Shown: piece after piece, positions 1 through 8,854 of the stretch
Layout: each line of letters starts with the position of its first letter
Position numbering within the stretch: position 1 is the first letter of the stretch
Assembly (NCBI GenBank): GCA_050251945.1
Contig: JBFWLW010000002.1
Span: forward strand, 224,001-288,000
Source of the DNA: Deferribacterales bacterium
GTDB lineage: Bacteria > Chrysiogenota > Deferribacteres > Deferribacterales > Geovibrionaceae
DNA length: 64,000 nucleotides
Direction of reading: 5' to 3'
Program-made: the position numbers and the translations under genes
Notes under the pieces: generated by a model
What the model was told of the DNA's origin: nothing
Database searches by the model: none
Seen by the model: the letters and a program-made list of their open reading frames with translations, nothing else

Positions 1-741
1 GTAATTTTCTGTGTTGTACTCGAAATCGGGCTTAGCGTCCGATGAGTCTATCTTCTGTTTCTCCTCAAGGAGCTTCTCGCCTTTCAGTGCACTGTCGCTC
101 TTTTTCCGCTCCTGCCCGAGCACCTTCGCCCGTCTGCCGAAATACCCGGTATTCTTATCAATCGGCATCCCTTCCGGATATATGGCGATTGCCTTTTCAG
201 GTGTCGCGGGACATTTCTCCGTGCATATGCCGCATCCCGTGCATTTATCCGTTACCACTGGAAGTATGAATTTTTCCATGACTATGGCTTCGTCTGTATA
301 CGGACATACGTTATAACAGGTGCCGCAGAGCTGTGCGGTACCCGTTGCCGAAACTCCGGTCATCTCGTCCTTATAATAAAGAAAGTTGAGGCAAATGTTC
401 TGGTTTATGACAGCTATACCCATCCGCACCTGTTTGCCGTCAGTCAGTTTCGGGTTAAGAGCACCTGTCGGACAGACCTTCATGCAACGCATACAGAGAT
501 AGCATGCCTTGTTCTCGGGATAGACGTACGGCGTGCCTATCTGGAGCTTTTCAAACAGGTCTGCGCGCTCTATGGAATCGTACGGGCAAACCTCTATGCA
601 GCGTGCGCACCGTATGCACAGCTCCATAAAGGTCTCCTCAGACGCCGCACCCGGCGGGCGCAGTCTGTTCTTTTTATAGTAGTTTTTAAACGGATTGCTG
701 TTCAGAAGCCCCTCGAACAGCTCCGTGAACCTGTTTCTCAT
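1..741 (-). CDS. napG: NapG/MauM-type ferredoxin (4Fe-4S), truncated by the left edge of the window
   Basis: Not in the ORF track. Manual translation from the ATG at 741 (overlapping the napD stop) gives MRNRFTELF...RLRPPGA...CIRCARCIEVCP...CYLCMRCMKVCPTGAL...CGTCYNVCP...CTGCGICTEKCP. LRPPGA plus repeated CxxCxxCxxxCP motifs is typical of NapG. Confidence 0.85.
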   Translation of the reverse strand, partial: MRNRFTELFEGLLNSNPFKNYYKKNRLRPPGAASEETFMELCIRCARCIEVCPYDSIERADLFEKLQIGTPYVYPENKACYLCMRCMKVCPTGALNPKLTDGKQVRMGIAVINQNICLNFLYYKDEMTGVSATGTAQLCGTCYNVCPYTDEAIVMEKFILPVVTDKCTGCGICTEKCPATPEKAIAIYPEGMPIDKNTGYFGRRAKVLGQERKKSDSALKGEKLLEEKQKIDSSDAKPDFEYNTENY

Positions 742-1049
742 ATCTCTTCGCGCTTTTTACTTTTAAAGAAGCCGTCAAGAGACGGAACTTTCTGACCTGC
801 AAGAATCTCTTCAACTTCGTCCTCGAAATGGAAAATGTGGTGAGCCACCTCAAGGATTTCGGGAAATCCGCGCAGATCGGCGCAGATATTCTGAAGATGC
901 TCTTCGCTGTCCGCCTCTATGGCTATTATTATCTGTGTTTGGTCGTCGCTCACTGCGAAGACTTCTATATTGTCGCTGGACTTCAATATTTCTTTAGCTT
1001 TTGTAATATTTTCGGGATTTACATAAACCACGCTGCCGGAAAAAATCAT
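738..1049 (-). CDS. napD: NapD-like chaperone for NapA maturation
   Basis: Small acidic protein (MIFSGSVVYV...QIIIAIEADS) directly downstream of napA. ATG at 1049 is preceded by GGAGG. Confidence 0.75.
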   Translation of the reverse strand: MIFSGSVVYVNPENITKAKEILKSSDNIEVFAVSDDQTQIIIAIEADSEEHLQNICADLRGFPEILEVAHHIFHFEDEVEEILAGQKVPSLDGFFKSKKREEI

Positions 1050-1095
1050 AAATAATCCTCCAGTTGTGTTAAACGGGGCTGCCGCAGCAGCCGTC

Positions 1096-1124
1096 AAAAA
1101 AAGCGCCCCGCCGTTACGGGGCGC
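1096..1124 (-). terminator. Intrinsic terminator-like hairpin between napA and napD
   Basis: Perfect 8-bp stem gcgccccg-N6-cggggcgc, followed on the minus strand by a 7-nt U tract. Confidence 0.7.
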
Positions 1125-1143
1125 AAGAGGCGTATTAACTCCC

Positions 1144-3534
1144 TTAGGAGTATTTTGAATTTATGTCGCTGATTATAAACTTCTCTGCCACGTTTTTCGG
1201 TCCTGATACTTTTTTAATTTTTACCGATGCTATCTTGAATTCCGGCTCAAAAGAAACCTCATCCACAGCGTCGTTGCAGACAAAGTTAATCATACGGATG
1301 AACGCCTGATCGTGCCACGGAACAAACAGAACGCCGGGAAGCGTGCCTGTTACAATGTGTGCAGGCATAACGCATTTGCCCCGTTTGCTGGCTATTTCGA
1401 CCATATCGCCAGCCATGATGCCGGCTTTTTTCGCATCTGAAGGGTGTATCTCAACGTATGCATTGGAGTGAGCCCTTGCTATCTCGGGAATACGCATTGT
1501 CATTGTGCCTGTGTGCCACTGCTCAATAACACGTCCGGTGGTCAGATAGAACGGATATGCGGCATCCGGTTCCTCAGCAGCACCTGCGTAAGGACGCATA
1601 AAGATATTCGCTTTGCCTTCTTTTTTCGCATCGTTATAGAAGTTTACCTTTCTCGCAGGGTCAAAGTTGTGTCCGAACTTCGCTTTGAAACCCTCATGAT
1701 TGAACATAGGGTCTTCGCCGCGGACGTATCTTCTGTTTGTGCCGGGGTGGGAAACAGAAGGACAGGGCCACTGAAGTCCGGCTTTCTCTTTTTTCAGACG
1801 GGAATAGGGTGCGCCTTCAAAGGTATGATCTGTGTCTTTTGTAATGAATCTGTAATCGTCCCATGCCATCTCGTTCATCTTCATTATGTCGTTGCCGTTC
1901 CATGGGATCAGTTTTTCCATGCCCATGCGCTTGGCGATCTGTGCGGCTATCCAAATATCTGGTTTAGCCTGACCGACAGGCTCAACAGCCTTCTCAGTGA
2001 GCTGGCTTCTGCGCTCGGAACATCCGTAAACACCGCCCTTTTCATAAATAAACGCGGCGGGCAGAACAACGTCCGCAAGCTGTGTCGTGCGTGTCGGGAA
2101 GATATCCAGAACCACCATAAAGCTGTCCTGCATACCCTTCACATACCGGTGGAGGTTGGGCAGCGACTGTGCAGGGTTTGTTGTGCAGACGAGCATAGCT
2201 TTAATGGGCTTGGACGCATCTGCCTCGCCGCCGAGCGCATCGAACATTTTCATTGTATGGAATCCGGGTTTCGGGTCTATCGTCCCCGCCTCAATACCCC
2301 AGCATTTTTCAACGTGAGCACGCCATGCGTCGTTCGCCACAGGTTTTGTGCCGGGGAGCAGGTGTGCAAGTGCGCCTGTTTCGCGTACGCCGCCGCACGC
2401 ATTGGGCTGACCTGTCAGCGAGAATGAATCCGCGCCGGGTTTGCAAATCTGACCTGTGATGAGGTGCAGGTTATGTATAAGGTTGTTCGCCCATGTGCCT
2501 TTAACGCGCTGGTTGAGACCCATGCACCAGAGAGACATTGTAGCGTCGCTCTTCGCAAACCACTCCGCCGCCTGTTTGATATTCTCGGCGGGGCAGCGGG
2601 TAAGCTTCTCAACCTTTTCAAGGGTGAAGTCTTTCAGGAATTCTCTGTATTCCGCGATGGTCTTGACCTCTTTTCCATTAGTGATTCTGGTGTTCTGCGC
2701 CATGAATTTTTCGTCATAAAGGTTGTTGTCCAGTATGTATTTTATCATAGCGTTGAAAACAGCAAGATCAGTTCCGGGGTCGACGGGGAGCCAGAGGTCG
2801 GCTATCTTTGTAGTCGATGTCTTTCTGGGTTCGCAGACAATGACCTTAACGTCGGGGTTGTTCAGTTTATGACGCATTATCCTGCGGAAAAGCACGGGGT
2901 GGCACTCGCTGGTGTTTGAACCCGTGATGAACAGGCATTTGGATTTTTCAATATCCGCATATGAACCGACGGGTTCGTCGGAACCGAACGTGCTGACATA
3001 GCCTGCAACGGCTGACGCCATACACAGGCGGGGGTTGCCCTCCACCATATTGGTGCGGAACCCGCCTTTAAAAAGCTTGTTAAAGGTGTACGTCTCTTCC
3101 GTAAGCGCCTGACCGGAACCGTAGTAGGCAACAGCATCTTTGCCGTATTTCTGACGGAAATATTTAAATTTGTCCGTAACATATGTCAATGCCACGTCCC
3201 ATGACACAGCCTTGAACTTACCGTCTTTCTGACGTATCATCGGCGTTTTAAGCCTGTCCGGGTGATACATGCATTTATATGCGAGGAAACCCTTCACGCA
3301 GAGGAAGCCGAAATTCGTCTTTGCGTCGGGGTTGCCTTTGATGGCGACGAGCTTTCCGTTTTTAACGCCGACGTAAACGCCGCAGCCCGTTCCGCAGAAA
3401 CGGCAGGTTCCCTTCACCCATTTGTCAACAGCTTCCGCCGCCTCAACGTTCTTGGGCAAAGCAACGCCCACGGAAGCGGCAGCCGCAGCCGCCATTGATG
3501 CTTTTATAAAATTTCTTCTTGTAATGTTCATCAT
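1144..3534 (-). CDS. napA: Periplasmic nitrate reductase catalytic subunit (Mo-bisPGD, 4Fe-4S)
   Basis: Tat signal TRRNFIK; CRFCGTGC...C cluster; PRLCMASAV Mo-ligand Cys; SLTGQPNACG; C-terminal LTTGRVIEQWHTGTMT. Confidence 0.95.
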   Translation of the reverse strand: MMNITRRNFIKASMAAAAAASVGVALPKNVEAAEAVDKWVKGTCRFCGTGCGVYVGVKNGKLVAIKGNPDAKTNFGFLCVKGFLAYKCMYHPDRLKTPMIRQKDGKFKAVSWDVALTYVTDKFKYFRQKYGKDAVAYYGSGQALTEETYTFNKLFKGGFRTNMVEGNPRLCMASAVAGYVSTFGSDEPVGSYADIEKSKCLFITGSNTSECHPVLFRRIMRHKLNNPDVKVIVCEPRKTSTTKIADLWLPVDPGTDLAVFNAMIKYILDNNLYDEKFMAQNTRITNGKEVKTIAEYREFLKDFTLEKVEKLTRCPAENIKQAAEWFAKSDATMSLWCMGLNQRVKGTWANNLIHNLHLITGQICKPGADSFSLTGQPNACGGVRETGALAHLLPGTKPVANDAWRAHVEKCWGIEAGTIDPKPGFHTMKMFDALGGEADASKPIKAMLVCTTNPAQSLPNLHRYVKGMQDSFMVVLDIFPTRTTQLADVVLPAAFIYEKGGVYGCSERRSQLTEKAVEPVGQAKPDIWIAAQIAKRMGMEKLIPWNGNDIMKMNEMAWDDYRFITKDTDHTFEGAPYSRLKKEKAGLQWPCPSVSHPGTNRRYVRGEDPMFNHEGFKAKFGHNFDPARKVNFYNDAKKEGKANIFMRPYAGAAEEPDAAYPFYLTTGRVIEQWHTGTMTMRIPEIARAHSNAYVEIHPSDAKKAGIMAGDMVEIASKRGKCVMPAHIVTGTLPGVLFVPWHDQAFIRMINFVCNDAVDEVSFEPEFKIASVKIKKVSGPKNVAEKFIISDINSKYS

Positions 3535-3549
3535 GATTTAAGACCTTCC

Positions 3550-3927
3550 TTACTTAACATCTGTGGGGGTATAGCCCGCTTTATGTATCAGAAACGTATG
3601 TGCCTTGTGGCATGTGATGCAGGTAACTTTCGGCGCAGTGTTCATCTCCGCCTCATGGTCGTGGCAGCCTATGCAGGTGAGCTGTTCAGGGGTCTTTTTA
3701 AAGTTCTTCTCATCCCCGTGACAAACCTGACATTTTACACCTGTAAACCCGTGGGCGCTCGACTCCCACTGCTGATAAACCTCGGGGGTCACATCCGCGT
3801 GACACTCGATACAATCTGCGGTCCCCATCTTTTCGGGGTGTCCCTTCACTTTTGAACTCTTTGCCGACGCCGCGCCGAATGCGACGAGCGTAAGCAGCAA
3901 AATAAAAACAGCCAGTCTCTTGCCCAT
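3550..3927 (-). CDS. napM: Periplasmic tetraheme cytochrome c (NapM-like)
   Basis: Signal peptide and four CxxCH motifs (CIECH, CQVCH, CIGCH, CITCH); first gene upstream of napA. Confidence 0.8.
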   Translation of the reverse strand: MGKRLAVFILLLTLVAFGAASAKSSKVKGHPEKMGTADCIECHADVTPEVYQQWESSAHGFTGVKCQVCHGDEKNFKKTPEQLTCIGCHDHEAEMNTAPKVTCITCHKAHTFLIHKAGYTPTDVK

Positions 3928-4176
3928 AAAAATACCTCCGGTTATCGTTCATGATGTCAACTACTCAAGCCGCACTGGGTGCGGTCTCTGGGGTAAGTAA
4001 TTTAACATCGTTATTTCTCATTAAAGACTAACGCTATTTTTGTAAATGAGGGATTAAGGTTGTAAGCGTACTGTAAATTATGTAAATACGACCGATGACC
4101 GTTATTTGTACTCTTTGATTTGTTGCTTATGACGGCGTGCGGGGGTATATTAAATTATAAAACACCGGAGGGAGTT

Positions 4177-5358
4177 ATGGCTCATTTCGACTTTATTGTG
4201 GCGGGCAGCGGCGTCAGCGGCATGGTTTTCGCCCGTAAAATGGCTGAAAGAGGGAAAAAAGTTCTGGTTCTGGAAAAAGCTGACAGAGCCGGAGGATGCC
4301 TCGCATCTGCATCATACGATAATTTCTGGCTGGAGCTTGGCGGACACACCGTTTACGCTTCATACTCATCATACATCTCCGCAATGAAAAGCGCGGGAAT
4401 GGAGCCTGATTTTCTGCCCAGAAAAAAAGTGCCTTTCCGCATGCTCACATCCGAAGGACTTGTTCCGCTGTCAAAATGCCTGAACAAGCTGGAACTGGTT
4501 TTGAATCTCCCGAAAGCACTTTTCGTCAAAAAAGAGGGCAGAACCGTCAGGGACTTCTATTCTGCTTTACTCGGAAAAAACAACTATGAAAAGATGTTCC
4601 GTCCCATGATGGCTGCGGTCATTTCGCAGGAAGGTTCGGATTTTCCCGCCGATATGATGCTCAAAAGCAGACCGAAAGACAAAACACTCCCCCGCAGTTT
4701 CACCATAAAAGGCGGCATGAGCGAATTTATTAAAAAAACCGCCGCGATGGAAAACGTTACCCTGAAAACATCATGCGGCGCGGACAGCGTGAGCCTTGAC
4801 AACGGGATTTACACCGTTACTGCAGGTGCGGAAGTGTTCACTTCGGACAATTTCACTACTGCCTGCTACCCTGCGGAAGCTGGAAGACTGCTGGCTGGCA
4901 TTGCTCCGGATATCTCATCAATGCTGACATCCATTCCCAGTGCAAAGGTTGAAAGCGTCGGCGTTATCCTTAAAAAGAGCGACGTTTCAGTCGGGGAACT
5001 CAGCTTCATAATTGCCGCTGAGGGCGAGTTTACATCCGTGGTCTCCAGAGACGTGGTGGAAGATGCACATTACCGCGGCTTCGCTTTCCATTTCAAACCG
5101 GACAAGCTGACAGATGAACAAAAAAACTTAATAATAGAAAAGACTTTAAACACTAACAGATCAAAATTCGTGCATAAGGCGGAAACGGTGCATTACTGCC
5201 CCACCCTTAAGCTGGGACACGAAGAGATGCTTGCAATGCTTGACAGTCTCATTGTTAAGACCAAAGGACTTTACATCACAGGCAACTGGTTCACCGGACT
5301 TGCCATTGAGGACTGTGCCATGCGCAGCGCCAGAGAGGCTACAAGAGCAATACTTTAA
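4177..5358 (+). CDS. FAD-dependent oxidoreductase, HemY (protoporphyrinogen/coproporphyrinogen oxidase)-like
   Basis: N-terminal FAD motif IVAGSGVSG...LEKADRAGG and LELGGH; C-terminal GNWFTGLAIEDC resembles HemY. ATG at 4177 follows GGAGGGAG. Confidence 0.65.
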   Translation: MAHFDFIVAGSGVSGMVFARKMAERGKKVLVLEKADRAGGCLASASYDNFWLELGGHTVYASYSSYISAMKSAGMEPDFLPRKKVPFRMLTSEGLVPLSKCLNKLELVLNLPKALFVKKEGRTVRDFYSALLGKNNYEKMFRPMMAAVISQEGSDFPADMMLKSRPKDKTLPRSFTIKGGMSEFIKKTAAMENVTLKTSCGADSVSLDNGIYTVTAGAEVFTSDNFTTACYPAEAGRLLAGIAPDISSMLTSIPSAKVESVGVILKKSDVSVGELSFIIAAEGEFTSVVSRDVVEDAHYRGFAFHFKPDKLTDEQKNLIIEKTLNTNRSKFVHKAETVHYCPTLKLGHEEMLAMLDSLIVKTKGLYITGNWFTGLAIEDCAMRSAREATRAIL

Positions 5359-5756
5359 ACCACTGAATTATCAGGCTGTTCAAACCCGGCGGAGGCGAAT
5401 ATTTCTCTTCCGCCGAGGTATTCTTCATATTCAATACCCCAGTCTTTCATCATATTAAGTATGGGTATCAGCTTTTTGCCGATATCTGTCAGACGATATT
5501 CAACCTTCGGCGGTATCTGATTATAGATATGGCGGCTTACAACACCGTCCGCCTCAAGCTCCCGAAGCTGTTTCGCAAGCATCCTTTCGGTTATGCCGTT
5601 CATGCCTCTTCGTAATTCGCTGAAACGAAGAACCTCTGAATCTGCTATATGATAAAGAATTATCGCCTTCCACTTGCCCGAAAAAACCGTCATGGTAAGC
5701 TCAAAAAAACAGTTATAAGACTTTCCGCACAGATTTTTCGGTTTACAGTTGCCCAT
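5355..5756 (-). CDS. HxlR (DUF24) winged-helix transcriptional regulator
   Basis: SGKWKAIILYHI...LRFSELRR...ERMLAKQLRELEADG...PPKVEYRLT, with N-terminal cysteines. ATG at 5756 follows GAGG. Confidence 0.9.
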   Translation of the reverse strand: MGNCKPKNLCGKSYNCFFELTMTVFSGKWKAIILYHIADSEVLRFSELRRGMNGITERMLAKQLRELEADGVVSRHIYNQIPPKVEYRLTDIGKKLIPILNMMKDWGIEYEEYLGGREIFASAGFEQPDNSVV

Positions 5757-5770
5757 AATGAACCTCACTA

Positions 5771-5785
5771 TACTTTATGTAAGTA
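5771..5785. promoter_or_regulatory. Palindromic operator candidate for the HxlR-family regulator
   Basis: Perfect inverted repeat TACTT-N5-AAGTA in the divergent intergenic region; fits the TACT-N7-AGTA shape of YodB-type boxes. Confidence 0.55.
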
Positions 5786-5857
5786 CATGTATTTTTTTAC
5801 AGTTCTTGCGTTTATTATAGTAGCAGATTATTATTTCCGCAACAAGAGGAGGCAAAA

Positions 5858-6136
5858 ATGTTCATTCTTCACGTCACAATGACACTTAAAGACGGTTATG
5901 CCGACAAAACACTCGAAGGACTTCTGAAAGTCCGCCCCGACGTTCTGAAAGAGGACGGCTGCGGAGAGTACACCATAACAAAGCTTGGTGATCAGGTTTT
6001 CTGTTTTGAAATATGGGAAAGCGATGCGCACCTTGACGCACATATGAAACAGCCCTACATGACAGAATTTTTTGAAACAACGAAAGACTGGCACAAAGAT
6101 GATGTTATTATCAATAAATACGAGGTGGCAAAATGA
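5858..6136 (+). CDS. ABM-family (putative quinol) monooxygenase
   Basis: 92 aa with EDGCGEY and FEIWESDAHLDAHMKQPY motifs; GAGGAGG RBS. Confidence 0.85.
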   Translation: MFILHVTMTLKDGYADKTLEGLLKVRPDVLKEDGCGEYTITKLGDQVFCFEIWESDAHLDAHMKQPYMTEFFETTKDWHKDDVIINKYEVAK

Positions 6137-6750
6137 AGGTTTTAGGAATAAACGGCAGCCCAAGAAAGGGCGGAAACACGGAAATTATCGTCAACAGAGT
6201 TCTTGACGGGCTTAAAAGCCGCGGCTGGGAAACCGACTATGTGCAGATTGGCGGTCAGGTATTCCGCGGCTGTATATCCTGCGGCGGGTGCTTCAAAAAT
6301 CAGGACGGCAAATGCGTTCTTAAAGAGGATAAATTCAACGAAGTTTTCGCAAAGATGGTTGAGGCGGATGCAATCGTTATCGGTTCGCCGACGTATTTCG
6401 CGGACGTTACATCCGAGATTAAGGCGCTTATGGACAGAGCAGGCTATGTTGCAATCGCAAACGGACACCTGCTGAAAGGCAAAATAGGCATGGGAGTTTC
6501 CGCTGTGCGACGCGGCGGCTCCATACACACAATAGATTCAATTAACCATTTCCTGCACCTTTCCCGCATGATACTGCCCGGTTCAAGCTACTGGAACATG
6601 GTATACGGAAGAGGCAAAGGCGAGGTTCTGAACGATGAAGAGGGAATAGCAAACATGGATCATCTCGCGGCAGTCACAGATTGGCTGGGAAAAGCTATCA
6701 AACCCTTCATCGACAGCTATCCGCTGACAGGCGGCTCCTGCGCGGAATAA
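6133..6750 (+). CDS. Iron-sulfur flavoprotein / NADPH-dependent FMN reductase family protein
   Basis: INGSPRKGGNT; compact CISCGGC...C cluster motif; IVIGSPTYF. Confidence 0.9.
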   Translation: MKVLGINGSPRKGGNTEIIVNRVLDGLKSRGWETDYVQIGGQVFRGCISCGGCFKNQDGKCVLKEDKFNEVFAKMVEADAIVIGSPTYFADVTSEIKALMDRAGYVAIANGHLLKGKIGMGVSAVRRGGSIHTIDSINHFLHLSRMILPGSSYWNMVYGRGKGEVLNDEEGIANMDHLAAVTDWLGKAIKPFIDSYPLTGGSCAE

Positions 6751-7365
6751 TTATAAAATAATCTCCCGCATAGAATCCACCGCCCTGTCCGCAATTGATG
6801 TGTGATCCTCGTCGGCAAACTGACGGAGAAAAAAGGTGAACACGCCTGCGGCGCGGGCGGATGTGATTCCCATCCTCGAATCCTCCACCGCAAAACATTT
6901 TGAAGCTTCGATGTTTAAGCGTTTCTGGGCTAATAGGTATGGCTCAGGATGAGGCTTACCGTTAACTATGTCATCGTTTGTCACTATCGTGTCGAACGCC
7001 GAAAAATCTATAATATCCGAAAATATCTCTATTTCCGCTCTGCTGCTGCCCGTTACTATGGCACGCAGAATAGGCTTTTCCATCAGCTCATGAAAGCCGT
7101 CGGCAACGACAACCCCGTGAGTGTTAAAAAAGTCCGCTTTTTTGTCGATAAACTTCTGATTAAGATATTCGGCGGAAACTTTTCCGTATTTTCCGGTGAT
7201 ATATCTGAAGATATCCAGCCACGAACTGCCGCTGAAATACATAAAGTCCTCAACGCGCATCCCGTGTCCGTATATATCGTGCATAGCATCGTGAAAAGCC
7301 TTGAAATTTCCCTGTTCCGTGCCGAGAATTGTATTGTCGAAATCAAGAAGTGCAGCTTTGAACAT
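6751..7365 (-). CDS. HAD-superfamily phosphatase (beta-PGM/CbbY-like)
   Basis: DFDNT motif I, GKPHPEPY, AVEDS. Confidence 0.85.
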   Translation of the reverse strand: MFKAALLDFDNTILGTEQGNFKAFHDAMHDIYGHGMRVEDFMYFSGSSWLDIFRYITGKYGKVSAEYLNQKFIDKKADFFNTHGVVVADGFHELMEKPILRAIVTGSSRAEIEIFSDIIDFSAFDTIVTNDDIVNGKPHPEPYLLAQKRLNIEASKCFAVEDSRMGITSARAAGVFTFFLRQFADEDHTSIADRAVDSMREIIL

Positions 7366-7620
7366 CTATTCTCCAAATACTTCCATAACGTCGCCTTCGT
7401 CCGCGTCTATCTCAAGGGTTTTGAGCCTTGAAGCGTGACCGGAAACCAGCTTCACGGAGGATTTTGAAAGACCGAGCGCTTTCGCAACAAACTTTACCAG
7501 CTCGTCGTTTGCCGCTCCGTCCACAGGCGGTGCGTTAAGCCTTATCTTCGGTCTGCCATCGTGCATCCCCGAATGTTCGGTTTTTTTCGCCCCAGGCTGA
7601 ACATACACTGAAAGCTTCAT
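7366..7620 (-). CDS. DUF167/YggU family protein
   Basis: VYVQPGAKK...IRLNAPPVDGAANDEL...SGHASRLK; start trimmed to the ATG at 7620. Confidence 0.85.
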   Translation of the reverse strand: MKLSVYVQPGAKKTEHSGMHDGRPKIRLNAPPVDGAANDELVKFVAKALGLSKSSVKLVSGHASRLKTLEIDADEGDVMEVFGE

Positions 7621-7621
7621 A

Positions 7622-8848
7622 TCAATCCCTTCTGAGCGCTTCCACAGGATCGAGCTTAGCCGACTGTCTGGCAGGGAAAAGCCCTGCGGCATAGGTTATC
7701 ACCAGCGAACATGCCGACACAACCACAAAGGTCATAAAGTCCAGCTTGACGGGTATTCTGTCCATGAAATATACGTCGGCAGGAAGGGAAATTATTTTGA
7801 ATTTCATCAGTATTACACAGATAGCCAGCCCCAGAATGTTGCCGATGATCGTTCCCGTAACGCCGATTATCATGCCCTGACGCTTGAAAATGCCCGAAAT
7901 CGAACCTTCCGATGCGCCCATAGCACGCAGTATGGCGATGTCCCGTTTCTTATCTTTCACAGTAACCGTTATCATACTGATAACGTTGAACGAAGCCACG
8001 ATTATTATAAGGGTGAGAATGATGAACATAGCGTACTTTTCCAGCTTAAGAGCTGAAAAGAGGTTCTGGTTCATGCTTATCCAGTCCCTTGACCAGAAAG
8101 GGAAATCCAGTTTTTTCTGTATCTCTGCGGCAATACCCACAGCAAGGTCGAAATCTGTCGTTCCGACGCTGAAACCGGAAACAACGTCCGACAGTCCGAA
8201 GAAATCCTGAGCCGCGGACATGTCGATGTATGCCAGAGTGTTGTTGTATTCATACATTCCGGTGTCAAATATACCGCACACCATGAAATGTTTCATTTTC
8301 GGGGTGATGCCGAAAGGTCCTTTTTTGCCCAGAGGAGAGACCATCGTAATGTTATCTCCCACCACAACGCCGAGGTTTGCAGCCAATTCCTTGCCTATGG
8401 CTATCATGGGAACACTGCTCTTTTTATTGAGGTCGGCAAAGGAGCCTTCTTTCATGAATTTGGCTATGGATGTGACCTTCATCTCGTCGTTCGCGTTAAC
8501 ACCGCGTATGACGGAACCTGCCACGTTATTGGGACTTGTCAGAAGAACCTGACTGATGATGAACGGTGAAACGCCCGTAACGTTCTTAACGGATGCTATC
8601 TTCTGTTGAACGGTGCGCCAGTCCTCAATGGGGCTGACATCCATACGGTTCACCACTATATGAGCGTTTGCGCCGAGTATGCGGTTTTTCAGGTTGTCTG
8701 AGAAGCCGCTCATAACGCTTATCACCACTATCAGTGTGGCGACTCCCAGAACAATGCCCAGAACCGATACTCCCGAAATAAACGAGAGTATACGGTTGGA
8801 CTTTCTTGATTTTAAATATCTTTTCGCTATAAAGCGTTCAAATTTCAA
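7622..8848 (-). CDS. lolE: Lipoprotein-releasing ABC transporter permease LolC/E
   Basis: RFIAKRYL, VISVMSGF, NLFSALKLEK, DIAILRAMGAS, PARQSAKLDPVEALR. Confidence 0.9.
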   Translation of the reverse strand: MKFERFIAKRYLKSRKSNRILSFISGVSVLGIVLGVATLIVVISVMSGFSDNLKNRILGANAHIVVNRMDVSPIEDWRTVQQKIASVKNVTGVSPFIISQVLLTSPNNVAGSVIRGVNANDEMKVTSIAKFMKEGSFADLNKKSSVPMIAIGKELAANLGVVVGDNITMVSPLGKKGPFGITPKMKHFMVCGIFDTGMYEYNNTLAYIDMSAAQDFFGLSDVVSGFSVGTTDFDLAVGIAAEIQKKLDFPFWSRDWISMNQNLFSALKLEKYAMFIILTLIIIVASFNVISMITVTVKDKKRDIAILRAMGASEGSISGIFKRQGMIIGVTGTIIGNILGLAICVILMKFKIISLPADVYFMDRIPVKLDFMTFVVVSACSLVITYAAGLFPARQSAKLDPVEALRRD

Positions 8849-8854
8849 TGGAAA

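Noticed and set aside
1444..2427. 327-aa plus-strand ORF, and similar long ORFs at 21584-22702, 29370-30479, 46026-46778, 47602-48318 and 49667-50587
   Set aside because: All lie antisense to well-supported genes and show no protein-family motifs.
1144..3534. Selenocysteine recoding in NapA (considered because mnmH is present)
   Set aside because: The Mo-ligand position is an ordinary Cys (PRLCMAS) and the ORF has no internal TGA. Other genes were not checked exhaustively.
3928..4020. Possible Moco riboswitch or FNR/NarL sites upstream of napM
   Set aside because: Only one short hairpin (ccgcac-tgg-gtgcgg); no Moco-motif-like sequence and no TTGAT-N4-ATCAA or 7-2-7 heptamer arrangement recognisable by eye.
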